This document shows, one piece after another, positions 1 to 14,589 of a stretch of DNA of 64,000 nucleotides (position 1 is the first letter of the stretch; every line of letters starts with the position of its first letter). The notes under the pieces were generated by a model, which saw only the letters and a list, made by a program, of their open reading frames with translations, was not told the origin of the DNA and did no database searches. Both the position numbers and the translations under genes were made by a program. The stretch comes from the human T2T-CHM13v2.0 reference genome, Homo sapiens. The stretch lies in assembly GCF_009914755.1 (NCBI RefSeq), contig NC_060934.1, one strand, 5' to 3'.

Positions 1-215
1 TGTTTAAAGTTGCAACCTAGTGATGCATCTTCAGCCCTCAGCCAGGTTTCTACTCAGATGTGGACCCTGAGCTGGTGGAAGCATGCAGATTAATTGTGAA
101 ACTTGGGCATTGTTTTGCACCTCTAGCTCCACTGCGGTAAATGGTAGCAGATTAAAAGATTTCTCAGAAAAGGATATTGTATCTTTTGTTAATGCTGCTT
201 TATTTGCCATGTTAG

Positions 216-349
216 GTTTTGTCTTCAGAATTGAATATGTATGAAGTACAGAGCAAAGAATATAAATATGAGGTAGAGAAACTTACCAATGAGCTCCAGA
301 ATTTAAAGAAGAAATACCTCGCTCAGAAACGTAAAGAACAACTTCAAAA
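216..349 (+). CDS. CFAP58: Penultimate coding exon of cilia- and flagella-associated protein 58 (coiled-coil)
   Basis: Acceptor ttag at 212-215 and donor AA|gtaag at 350. Open frame VLSSELNMYEVQSKEYKYEVEKLTNELQNLKKKYLAQKRKEQLQ(K) of 134 nt ends in phase 2 and joins in frame to the exon at 4567. An alternative acceptor (cag, 226-228) cannot be excluded. Gene identity is from recall of the C-terminal peptide. Confidence 0.88.
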
Positions 350-812
350 GTAAGAATTAGTCAAACGTCCTAATTTTGTTGTGCCTATTATCTGCACATA
401 AGAAAATATTTGGTGAACAGTCACAGAGTTGCAAGTTTCACTGGGGTAAACTAAATCACAGGGTAAACAAATGACATTCTACAGGTCACTAAGTTTGTAT
501 CAGAGCAAGATCAGTGTCTCATCTGATACTGAGTCCCCTCCTTGGGATTCTAACAGGGATCCATTAATATCTGCTCATTGGTGGATCTACCATGGAGCAG
601 AGGAAATGTAATATGACTTTTCTCCCCACACTAGTCTATGGTTTGGAGATAATAATGTCATAACTATGTTTGCAAATGAGTTTCAAAATCAGCCTTGTAC
701 AGCATATTCACATTTAAAACCACATGTGCTTTTGCTAAGGGACCAGGGCTTAGTAAAGCTGTTCTTTCTAATGATGCCCCTGTACCACTATAACTACTAG
801 CAGTTCACCTAT

Positions 813-815
813 GTT

Positions 816-854
<39 letters not shown>

Positions 855-988
855 TTTTTGATTTTTTTTTGTAGCAACAGGGTCTTGGTATGTTGCCCAG
901 GCTGGTCTTGAACTCCTGGCCTCAAACAGTCCTCCTGCCTCAGCCTCCCAAAATGTTGAGATTACAGGGTGAGCCATGGTGTCCTGCC
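813..988 (-). mobile_element. Alu monomer (FLAM/AluJ-like) with (TTTA)n tail
   Basis: Left-arm Alu sequence in reverse (gttgcccaggctggtcttgaactcctggcctc...gagcca) preceded by a (TTTA)n/T tract. Confidence 0.85.
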
Positions 989-1569
989 TGCCTAGGTTTT
1001 TAGATAGTTATTATCTCTGAACCATCTTCTATGTCTAGTGACTGACTTCAGCATCTGCTGTGGAGGGTTGATGTGACCTATTCTTCTAGGAGATGATAAT
1101 GAAGAGGTGAGGTTAACATTTTGGTTTCAGGATGCTCCCATGTTGAAAAACAAAATTTCTCTTCACATTGTTAGTATTATTTGCCTGATCCCAGGGTGAA
1201 AATCGGGGCCCAAATGAATCAGGTTTGAAACGAACTAGTTTTGAAACTTGGTTTGGCTGCGTGACATTGCCAAAATCATCCAGTTAATCTTGTAGTGACT
1301 CACGTTATGGGCTGAAATTCATGCTTGGTACTTATCCACATGGACATTTCAGGGACATGGTGAAATATGGCTTGAGTGCATTTGCCTATGATTTGTTAGT
1401 AGCAAAGTTATATAAGGTAACTGGATGCAAATTCATTTGCCAGTAAAAGTCTGCCCTTCTTGTAAATCAGAATACTCCCCCGTTCCACATTTAGATGCCA
1501 GTTCCATGGTAGAGTAAAATACTGCTATAATTTAGATAAGTCCATCTTAATGTGTAGGTCTACCAGCTA

Positions 1570-1721
1570 TCTGTCTGGTTCGGAATCACTAGTGAGATTT
1601 ATTAAACATACAGGTTCCCAGGCCATATTTCCAGATACTTGGATTCAGCAGGCTCTGGAAACCTGCAATTTAATAAGCTTCTCAGGTGATTTTCATGCAC
1701 AGTGAAGCTTCAGAACCACTA
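1570..1721. mobile_element. MER5-like hAT-Charlie MITE
   Basis: gaatcact...gattcagcagg...caggtgattttcatgcac...agaaccact resembles the MER5 consensus. Confidence 0.65.
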
Positions 1722-1889
1722 ATATTAACAATGTAAATTAAATGAATGCTGGAGTGGAAACACTGTATTTTTCTTTTAGGATATCAAGGTTGTGCTCATA
1801 AAATGTCAACATGGTTAATTTCCACATGAAGCAGGTGTCTAACTCAATGGTCTTCAAGCTCTTTGATTGTGCACCCTTATCAGTAAAAC

Positions 1890-2182
1890 TCTTTTTTTGA
1901 GACAGAGTCTTACTGTGTCACCCAGGCTGGAGTGCAGTGGCACCATCTTGGCTCACTCTGTCTCCGGGGTTGAAGCCATTCTCATGTCTCAGCCTCCCAA
2001 ATAGCTGGGATGACAAGCATGCACCAACATGCCCAGCTAATTTTTTTTTTTTTTTGTATTTTTAGTAGAGACAGTGTTTTGTCATGTTGGCCAGGCTGGT
2101 CTCGAATTCCTGGCCCCAAGTGATCTGCTGGCCTTGGCCTCCCAAAGTGCTGGGATTACAGGCATGAGCCACTGTGCCCTGC
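1890..2182 (-). mobile_element. Alu (S/J type), inserted in a probable hAT-type MITE spanning ~1845-2540
   Basis: Dimeric Alu in reverse. Target-site duplication cagtaaaac at 1881-1889 and 2183-2191. Confidence 0.9.
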
Positions 2183-2749
2183 CAGTAAAACGTTTTTGAA
2201 CTTGCAGATCCCCTCATGCATATGCATATATCTTTTAAATAATTTAAAAATTTCAGAATAGTTTTAGATTTACCTGCAATGTATTTTAATTTATAAATTA
2301 TATGCAGATACCATTGCCAGTTTGTAACTCTTAGGCATAATTTTTAAATTTTAAAGATAAAAGTATTAATAGATTTATTAATAGATACATAAAATAGTAA
2401 GAAATAATAAATTAATAGAATAGAAATGAAAGAAAATAATCAATTAATAAAATTAATAGAATAATATCTTCTTTCTACCCACAATGGATCATCTCATTCA
2501 TTTTTTAAAGTTCGTACACTCCATTTGGAGACTGATGGTCTAGTTTACACTGTTATAAACAGCTAGCTTGGCTGTTTATTATCTTTCTAGAGCTGATTAA
2601 TTTTCTTGCCTTGACCCTGGGGTTTGGCCTAGTCTTCTTTGACATTACTGACTGCTAATCTTGCTCCCTCTCCTGCCCCAAAGTTTGATGGACACAGAGA
2701 GCATGAGCTGTCCAGATATTGGCTCAGCCCTTCTTGATGGGTCCATCCA

Positions 2750-2908
2750 CTAGCACTGTGCTGCTCAGCAGTGTGCCACTTGTGGCCAATGAGATTTAAA
2801 CAAATTACTGTGAAATCAGTTCCTCAGTCTCACTAGTCACATTTCAAGTGCTTTAACAGCCACATGTGGCTAGTGGCTGGGTATAACAGAAAGTTCAATT
2901 GGGCAGTC
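2750..2908. mobile_element. MER3-like hAT MITE
   Basis: ttcctcagtctcactagtcacatttcaagtgct...agccacatgtggctagtggct is the MER3/MER33 core. Confidence 0.7.
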
Positions 2909-3904
2909 CTAGAAAGTTCTAGAAAGCTCTAGAATCTTTGCCTTTACCTGTCCTCTTCTTGTCCTTACACGCTTATTACTAGTAGCCACTCTGACCTAGT
3001 TAGGGTTCCTTTGGTGGTTCCATCTACGTGGGGATCCATAAACTGGTAGACAGAGATTAGTTCATAGGAGAATAGCAAAAAAGATGCTGAAGAAAAAAAT
3101 ATGAAGAGGCAAGAACAAAAGTGCTGAGATGGTATAGACTGGAAAGAAGAAGGCTGAGGGAGTCATTATAATGGTCTATAAATACATTAAAAAGATAATA
3201 TAAAGGAGACAGTATTCCCATTAGTCAGCTTAGACCAAGCCAGAAGCATTAAGCGTAAGCTCCTTCAGGAAAAGAAAATTCAGGTTATTTAAGGTGAGAG
3301 AGGGCAGGGGGAGGGGGAGTGATGCCGCCTCTAACACCAGTCAAGAGCCAGACGAGTTGCCAAAGTACAAGAAAGAATTTGTTTTGCTGGATCCACTCAA
3401 GGCTAAAGCTTTTGTCCTATTTATGGAGAATGGTTTTTCACCATAATGAAATCAATTCTGCTGAGAGACAGATGGGTTGGTTACCAATCCTCTACAGGTT
3501 CTCTCCCAATGGAATAATTTAGAATAATCTCTGTGGATGTTCTCTCCACATATGCCCTTAACAAAATAGCAACTCTTATCATTTTGTACCTTTTACCTTC
3601 TTTTGTTTTTCTTAATCACCCCTCTGCTCACACTGTGATCCCAAACTGCATCTGCCACTTCCCCTGTCTACCCTACTCCACATCCCCAGGCTGATCTACA
3701 GTCTGCAGTACCAGATTCTTTTCCAAAAGACAGTTTGTTCCCCTAGGGTGAGTCATTCATAATTGTCCAATCTAATTGGTTTTGGTCTTAGCAGTTTGCT
3801 TAATTTTTATTGTTTAACAGGGTTTCCAAAGGTGTTTTCTTTAAGACCCCAACTGTATGATAACTTGTGTAGATCTAGGTTACTTCTGCAGGAAACATGA
3901 ATAT

Positions 3905-3906
<2 letters not shown>

Positions 3907-3942
<36 letters not shown>
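3907..3942. repeat. (GT)18 microsatellite in the last intron
   Basis: Perfect dinucleotide run. Confidence 0.97.
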
Positions 3943-3944
<2 letters not shown>

Positions 3945-4566
3945 TTAAAGGACATCTATATAGAAGTTACATTGTTGATTTTAGGGCAGAATTCCCTCAT
4001 CCATTGCCAAAAATACTATTTATCTTCCCCAGCTTTTCTTGTATCTTCAACTATTTCTAGTAATAATGGTTGCTTGTCTAGGGTTACAGGAAAATTTGTG
4101 TTTTATAAATGTCCAAGTTTGATGAAGATACCTTCTGTGTAGTAAATATTTATAAGTTTCTACCAGAACTTTGCAATATAAAAGTTGATAAATGATGAAT
4201 TAGTCATTATAATTGAGCCAAGAAAAAGATTCTTCTGACTGATCTTTGGAGCTAAACAAATGTTTTGTAAAACAGGAAGATGATTCCAAGTCAGAAGTCA
4301 CCAAATACATAGTGCTTGAGTTATAATGAGGTCTTCTGTTCATATTTAAATAAACATTAGGAGAGCATATTTTGCATTTAATTGTCTTGCCCTAATTTTA
4401 TGTTTTTTTCAGTGAACACCTAATTAGATTTAAACAACTACCTTGTCTAAAACTAGAAGCTGTAATCAAAGTAGTTTTCAGTGGCTAACACACCCTAGGA
4501 TTATCAAATGTCAAACTTAGACAAAAAGGATGTTAAGGAAGCTAACTTTCACCTCCTCTCTTACAG

Positions 4567-4675
4567 AAACAAGGACACAGCACCCATGGATAACACCTTC
4601 TTAATGGTCAAACCAAATGGTCCTGGTTTTACTGGGGGCGGATTTCCTCTCAGGTCAACCAAAATGACGTTCTAA
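4567..4675 (+). CDS. CFAP58: Terminal coding exon of CFAP58
   Basis: Pyrimidine tract plus acceptor (ctcctctcttacag) ending at 4566. Phase matches the upstream exon. Encodes (K)NKDTAPMDNTFLMVKPNGPGFTGGGFPLRSTKMTF, stop TAA at 4673-4675. Confidence 0.9.
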
Positions 4676-5250
4676 CCTGAAGCTGCTGGCTGTTTCCAGT
4701 TGAACAACTCATGAAATCTGCTCTGGGACATTTTGGGGGAATCTCAAAGTCCTTGGATCATAGAACTGAGTGCTGAGAATCCAGGATGGAAAGAAATGCA
4801 GAACTATCATAGTCACATACATATAAGAGGGATGGTGTTTTGTCTGGTTCACGTTGATATTAACAGATCATAATTCTCTCTGTTCAGTTAGGCTGACCTA
4901 TTGCATGAAGCAAATCTTTTGTTGCTACCCCATTGATTGAAATGTACTAGACCTTAATTTCTTTATTACAGACATTGGTGTACTTGAAGGTTTTATATTT
5001 AAAAGTATTTTTGAAATGCAATGTGTCCCCTCTCACCTTATTAACAATAATCTATTTTAATTATTCCTCATTAACAAGTCATTGCATGAGATGAGAAAGA
5101 AGGACAAACTCTTAAGAATTTAAAAAGTGTTTTGAGAATGATTTCTATATGGAATTTCTTTTCAGGCCCGGAATGGGAAAATCTATTCCAAAGAGACACA
5201 CTAATAAATACTTCATTATAAAAAATAAAAAAGAATCTTTGTAGAGATTT
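4676..5250 (+). other. CFAP58: 3' UTR of CFAP58 (end approximate)
   Basis: Non-repetitive AT-rich sequence between the stop codon and tandem AATAAA signals. Confidence 0.7.
5203..5229 (+). terminator. Polyadenylation signals (AATAAA x2)
   Basis: AATAAA at 5203-5208 and 5224-5229, followed by a GT/T-rich downstream element (ttttgatacttgttttgg, ~5248-5266). Confidence 0.7.
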
Positions 5251-5829
5251 TGATACTTGTTTTGGTAGAGTATGTAATTAAAGTTTAAAGCTACTGTGAG
5301 AAATGTTTAACAAGAGCATTTTACTCACAGGAACCAAGACCATGAAATGAGAGACTTCGGCTGGTCTCCTATCCGTTCTAGGCCTCTGTCCTCCTCCTAG
5401 ACTTGAGAACACAGTTATTTAGCATAGGCATCTGTTTGGTTCCCAGGCTGCCAGCGTTTTGAGCCATTGAATCCATTGTGATTTTTTGTTGTTGAAGCCA
5501 CAATTATTGGGGCATCCATTCAGAGTTTTCTCATTAAGAGGTTTCATTCAGTTATATTGTGTGAGGACACTCTGGCCATCTCTCTCACAATAACTTGACC
5601 TCTGTATTTTTAAAAAATTTTTGAGGAGTAGCTCAGGGATGACAATCACAGTGTTAATGGATCATAACATTCCCTTTGTGCCAAGGGACCAAGATTTCCC
5701 TTGTGCAGAGCAGGAGTGTTAATGACCTGAGATGTTTGTTTAGACCACACAAGGAGGTGGGACTTCAGAGGGACATTCTGGATGTCCTGCGTCACCTTCA
5801 GTTCACTACATGCCAGTCTCCACTCTTAA

Positions 5830-6290
5830 ATGAGGTTCTCCAGAAGCAAAACAAAGACATTGGTGTCAATGAAAGTGATTTATTATGAAGTGATCCGAGG
5901 AAAACCAGTAAGAGGATGGTGAAGTAAGACAGGGAAGGGAAGGAGGCTGAGAAGGGTGCAATATTATGTCCAGTTCCATGATGGGAGACTTTGGCTCCAT
6001 CTTGGAGGAGAGCTCTGGAGACAATGTAATCACATCTCAGAGTTGTCTCCAGGAGGAGTGAGGGGCTGGGATATATCTCCTATGCTGTCTGTCATTGGCC
6101 AAAGACTGCTCTGGAGGGACCACTCTGGTTCTCTGCTTGTAGGCAAAGCAGGCTTTGGCAGCTTGGTGGCAGCCCTCAGACAGAGACCACAGGTGCTGAC
6201 TCTTGGAGGTGAAAGTGGTTAAGGGCTCAGGGGGAAATGAGTTGGGCAGTGTCATCCTCTGCTTCTCCCAAATGGGCCCAGTGAGAGAAC
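5830..6290 (-). mobile_element. LTR16-like ERVL solo LTR
   Basis: ggttctccagaagca...gatttatt...gacagggaagggaagg...ctcagagttgtc resembles reverse LTR16. It is related to the opposite-strand copy at ~31590-31975. Confidence 0.6.
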
Positions 6291-6699
6291 ACTTACAGAT
6301 GGAAAGCAACCTCCAGTGTAGCTGATAACGTTTTGAAGAGGGTGATCATCAGCTCTTTGGGCACCATACAGGGATATAGAGGATGGGACTGTACCCTAGA
6401 GAATTTACCAAGAGCATTTTAAACCTAAAAAAATCACAATGGGGCCATTTCTGTTTTTGAAAATCACTGATGATATCTTCCCTCAGAGCCAACCATACTT
6501 TGGTTAGACAAAAGACTTTTGCAGGTAAGGTAAAGCAGTTATGACACATATACAACCCTGGAGATTTTCCCATCTATCCTGAGACATTTCGAAGCATAGT
6601 CATAGCCCACTTTATTCTGAGTCCTTGGGTGGCTTCATAAGAGGTTCACTTCTATAGGGGAACGGAGTCTGATCTTTGATCTATCCCAGTATGGCAAAG

Positions 6700-6843
6700 A
6701 CTGTGGAGACAGATTCTGGGTTCAAATCCTGGCTCATCATAACAACAGGTTGTTTTGAGGATTGAATGAGTTAATGCATGTAAGCTTAGGACAATGTCAG
6801 GCACATAGTATTGTTCAGTAAACATGTGCCATTATTACTATTA
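6700..6843 (+). mobile_element. MIR fragment
   Basis: ctgggttcaaatcctggctc...ggttgttttgaggattgaatgagttaat...ggcacatagta. Confidence 0.75.
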
Positions 6844-8649
6844 CGTAAGAGATAACAAATATTTTAGAATTAGAGAAGAAAAGTTGTTACATAATATTTG
6901 TTAACTGTAAAGGTGACTCTAATCATTTAAAGGGTGAATGACACTAAAATGAAGCTGGATTTAGTAATGTGATATAAATAGAATATCTTGTAGAAATGCC
7001 ACATTGCATGCCTCATGAAAACTTCTGTATTTTTTTTTTATAGTTGCCATCTGGGAACAAGTTGATCCTCCATCTTCAAAGTCAGAGCTTTCAGCCTTCC
7101 TCTGTTCACAGGAGGGAAAGACCCTGGTGGTTTCTGGCTGCCGTCTCCTTCCTGTGTCTCTCCATGTAACAGAGCAGGGTGATCAGCAGCTGCTGATGAC
7201 AGACGTCCCATGAGCCGAGGGGGAAGAGGGCCTTGGGAGCTGACATAGCAGCTCCATCAGACTCAGTATGCTTGTGTTCAGATGGAGGAGTGAATTAGGC
7301 TAGAAAAGGTGAAAGATACTGTACTGCCTCTCATTTACTGCACGTCCTGACAGCCCAGGGTATTATAAGCAATAACTATTTAGGCGCAGGTGTTACTACA
7401 GTAGCCGCAGCACAAAAATGAGCTGTTAAAAAACACTGAGATTTGCAAATCATTAAAGATAACTGTGAACTCACAGTGGGCTGAGGTGCTTTTAAAATCA
7501 CAAATTTGAGCTGCATTGTAAAGCAACATTAGGAGACTGTACAGTAGCATAATTTTACCCTGGGGTTTTCAGAGTTTCAGAAAAGAGTCCTGTTGCTAAA
7601 CCATCCGTTGACTCCTGAAACCATCCGTTGACTCCCAGCTGGGCTGATGGGGAGCTGGTGCAGTTTCTCTGTTAATAGAGAGAGACATGATGAAGGGGAC
7701 TCCCTGGTCATTATTTGCTGATCATAGCTTTTCAGCGGCTATTCTTATAGCTAGGTTTTTATTGTGCTTACCTCTGAAGAATTGCTCAGGGCAAAGGTTT
7801 GTTGCTGTGATGAGCCATACAGACGGTAGTAGTCTTGCTAGGAAGAGATAGCGACAACTCTGCTTATCATGGGCTATAATTTTGCTATCAAAATTTATCC
7901 AGGGCTGATAATTACCATTTGATTTCCTGACTTGCTCAGATAGATTCTGAAGTTTCACCTAGACCAAGACACCCATAGGAACATACTGTATAATGCATTT
8001 TGAGCAGTATGGCATTTCAGAGCCTAGACAATTTGAGGAAATTATCTCTCTTTTAAAACATAACCAATTATATGGACATCTTGTTGGGACAGGAGCAAAG
8101 GGAGGGCATTTTAAAATATTAAAATGGTAAAATAATTTAAAAATATGCCTCACTATTTTCTTTGTAGTAGACAGAAAATATTTTTACAGCATTATCCATT
8201 TTTACCTTCTAATTCAATGCTGTTTTAGTATACCATTTCTCATATCTATTATTTAAAAGTTCCATTAGGGTTTTTAGATTCATTAGAATTTTATAACAAT
8301 ATAAAATTTGATTATCAACAGGGTACCATTTTTCTTCTTTATAATTAAAAATAGATTTTGTTCTTATTTTAAAGTATGTGATTGTTACAGAATATTAACA
8401 AATGTAGATAAGCAAAAGGAAGAAAAAGGATGTCTATAATCCTACCACTCATTGATAACTATTGCTTTTCTGGGCTAACACTCATCTCATTCACATGGGT
8501 TGGCTGTACTAATGGTTCAAACCTACCATTTCTTCTGATTGGTCAATGCTTGTGCTTCCCATCATTAAATATTTTTAATATCACTTTGAAATATTACTGT
8601 CCCATACTTTTGAATATATCTTTCTGGACCTTTAAGTGTATACTGCATA

Positions 8650-8757
8650 AATATATATGCATATATATATGTGTATATATATATATATGTGTGTGTATAT
8701 ATATATATGTGTGTGTATATATATATATATATGTGTGTGTATATATATATATATATA
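8650..8757. repeat. Compound (TA)n/(TG)n microsatellite
   Basis: Alternating TA and TG runs. Confidence 0.95.
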
Positions 8758-8759
8758 TT

Positions 8760-9570
8760 CTTTTTAAAAATCAGCTTTATCAATATATAACCTACATATA
8801 AAAGGCACTTATTTTAAGTGTATAGTTTGGTAAGGTTTGACAAATGCATATATTCAAGTAACCACTGCCATAATCACCACCCCTCCAAAATGCCTTTATG
8901 CCACTTGGCAAGTCAGTATCCCCAGCCATCAACCAGCCCAAGCAACCATGGGTCTGTTTTTTATTGTTATAGATTAGTTTTGTCTTTCTTAGAATTTAAC
9001 ATAAATGGAATTATACACCATATACTCTTTTGTGCCTGGCTTTTATTTTCATGTAGCACAATGTTTTTCGAGATCCATCCATGTTGTTGTGTGATCAATA
9101 ATTCCTTGATTTCTATTGTGGAGCAATATTCCATTGTATGCAAAAATACAATTGGTTTATTTTACCTATTGATGGGAATTCAAGTTATTTCTAGTGTTTA
9201 ACTCTTCTGAATAAAGTTGCTATGAACATTCACATACAGATCTCTATGTGGATGTGGTCTCTAGTTGCTTCACATCCTTGTCAATATTGGTATTGCCAGT
9301 ATTTTTTTAAGCCATTGTTTTGGATATATAGTGATACTTCATTATGGTTTATATTTGTATTTCCTGATGACTAAATGTTGAGGATCTTTTCATGTAGCTT
9401 TGGCAATCAGTAAATCTTATTTTGTGAAGTGTCTTCAAATATTTAGCCCATTTTAAAATCATCTCATTAGGTTGTAAAAGTTATTTGTGTAGTCTGGATA
9501 CAAAACCTTCATCAGATATATGTATTGCAAATATTTTTGTTCAGTCTGTGGCTTACCTTTTCATTTTCTT
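8760..9570 (-). mobile_element. Old L1M (L1MB/MC-like) 3' portion; host element of the composite insertion
   Basis: Reverse L1M 3' UTR/ORF2-end motifs (cagctttat...tttaagtgtatagtt...catatactcttttgtgcctggctt...). The sequence resumes at 20460. Confidence 0.8.
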
Positions 9571-12323
<2,753 letters not shown>

Positions 12324-12766
12324 TGTGATGGTTAATAGTGAGTGTCAACTTGATTGGATTGAAGGATGCAAAGTATTGATCCTGGATGTGTCTGTGAGGG
12401 TGCTGCCAAAGGAGATTAACATTTAAGTCAGTGAGCTGAAGGCAGACCCACCCTTAATCTGAGTGAGCACCATCTAATTGGCTGTCAACATGGCTAGAAT
12501 ATAAAGCAGGCAGAAAAACGTGAAAAGACTAGACCAGCCTAGCCTTCAAGCCTACATCTTTCTCCTATGCTGGAAGCTTCCTGCCCTTGAACATCAGACT
12601 CCAAGTTCTTCAGTTTTGGGACTTGGACTGGCTCTCCTTTCTCCTCAGCTTGCAGATGGCCTATTGTGGGACCTTGGTATCATGTGAGTTAATACTTAAT
12701 AAACTCCCCTTTATATATCTATCTGTCCTATTAGTTCTGTCTTTCTAGAGAACACTGACTAGTATA
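12324..12766 (+). mobile_element. MLT2A1 LTR (5' LTR of HERV-L)
   Basis: Starts tgtgatggttaa; 443 bp. TATAAA at 12500-12505 and AATAAA at 12698-12703. Followed directly by the HERV-L leader/PBS. Confidence 0.92.
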
Positions 12767-12869
12767 GATTTTGATACTAGGAGTGGTTCTAGAGGAACAG
12801 AATATTAAGGATAGACTTCTTTTGTTGGTTTTGGGGTTTCTGGAGTTGGCTGCTTAATACAATTAGAAC

Positions 12870-14570
12870 CCAAAATGCTAAGGACTCTACTTCTAATAGT
12901 ATGGAGAACATTGATTGTCCTTGGCATGTACTGTTTAGAAAGTCATGCAAAATACATGTATTTGACACTCCTGATTCACTACTTGTGAGAGGCAAGGTGT
13001 TTAGTGACTCTATACATAATACCTTTGACCATATGTGGAGAACCAAGGAACATAATGAAGCTGGCTGATTGCTCCTAAGTTCAGTGGACAAAGTGATGAA
13101 AGAAAATGGTGAACTCAGGGATTCCTACTCCCTGAGTTAGAATAGGGAGTTAAAATAAGAAGCAGATATTGAACCTCAACTCTGCTATGATTACTCTGAG
13201 CGAGACTCTTATCTCCTGTAGAGAAAGAGCTGAAATTGTGGAAAAATAAACAAAAGCTCTTATCATGCGGGTGACTGAACTCCAATGAAAAGTGCATGCA
13301 CAGCTTCACCAGATGTCTACTGTTAAAATGAGGGCATTGATTGGAAAAGAATGGGACCCTGAAACTTGGAATGGGGACATGTGGAAGGCCACTGATGAAG
13401 CTGGGGACACTGAGTTTGTAAACTCTTCTGAACCTTTTTTGTCAGAAGGAACAGCTTCTCCCATACCCAGTAGTGGCAACATCCCCTCCCTGACCCATGC
13501 TGCCATCAGCCTTTCCACCTTTGTCTGAGGAGATAAAGTGCTGCCTGAGGCAACAGTGATGGCCTCCCCTGAGGCAGTTGCCAGGCAAAATAATATCGAT
13601 TCTCCTCAGGAGCCACCCCCAACACCCCTGTTTGCTTCTAGACCTGTAACTAGACTAAAGTTTCAGTGGGCCCCTGGAGGTGAGGTTGAGAATGTGACCC
13701 GTGAGGAGGTGTGCTACACCTGAAAATAACTGTTTCAGTTCTCTAATTTATATCAACAGCAATCTGGAGAACAGGCATGGGAATGGATATTAAGGGTATG
13801 GGATAATGGTGGAAGGAACAGAGAGTTGGATCAGGCTGAATGTATTGATTTCGGCCCACCAAGTAAAGAGTCTGCATTTAATGTTGCAGCTTGGGGAGTT
13901 AAAAAAGGTTCTAATAGTTTATTTGCTTGGTTAGCTGAAATATGGATTAAAAGATCGCCCACTGTGAGCGAGCTGGAAATGCCTGATCTCCCTTGGTTTA
14001 ATGTAGAGGAAGGGATCCAAAGGCTTAGGGAGATTGGGATGGTGGAGTGGATTAGTCACTTTGGATCTACTCATCCCAGCTGGGAGGGTCCAGAAGATTT
14101 ACCCTTGACCAATGCCTGTGAAATAGATTTGTGAGGGCAGCACCTGCATCTTTGAAGAGCCCTGTAATTGTTCTTCTATGTATGTCAGATCTAACAGTGG
14201 GAACCACAGTCACTCAACTACAAAATTTAAATACAATGGGAATAATTGGATCCTGAGGTGGCAGGGGCCAAGTGGCGGCACTCAACCATCAAAGGCAAGG
14301 TGGGCATAGTTACAGTAATGGACAGTAGAGGCAAAGTGGCAATCAGTATAGTCTGACTTGTGTATAGCTCTGGCATTGGCTAATTAATTATGGTGTTCCT
14401 AGAAGTGAAATTGATAGGAAGCTTACTGCATTTCTACTTAATTTATATGAGCAGAAAACTTCTAGGTTGAATGGACAAAAGACTAATTTGAATTATAAAA
14501 ACAGAGAATCATGGCCCCACAATCAATTTCCAGACTTCAGCCTGTTTGCAGACCCAGAACCCCTTCAATG
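12870..14570 (+). pseudogene. HERV-L gag remnant
   Basis: Fragments VKMRALIGKEWDPETWNGDMW and LEMPDLPWFNVEEGIQRLREIGMVEWI, interrupted by several stops and frameshifts. Confidence 0.8.
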
Positions 14571-14589
14571 AAGGAAACGCCAGGTCCCC

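Noticed and set aside
7598-7635. CRISPR-like repeat
   Set aside because: Only two adjacent copies, no spacers, no cas genes, eukaryotic context.
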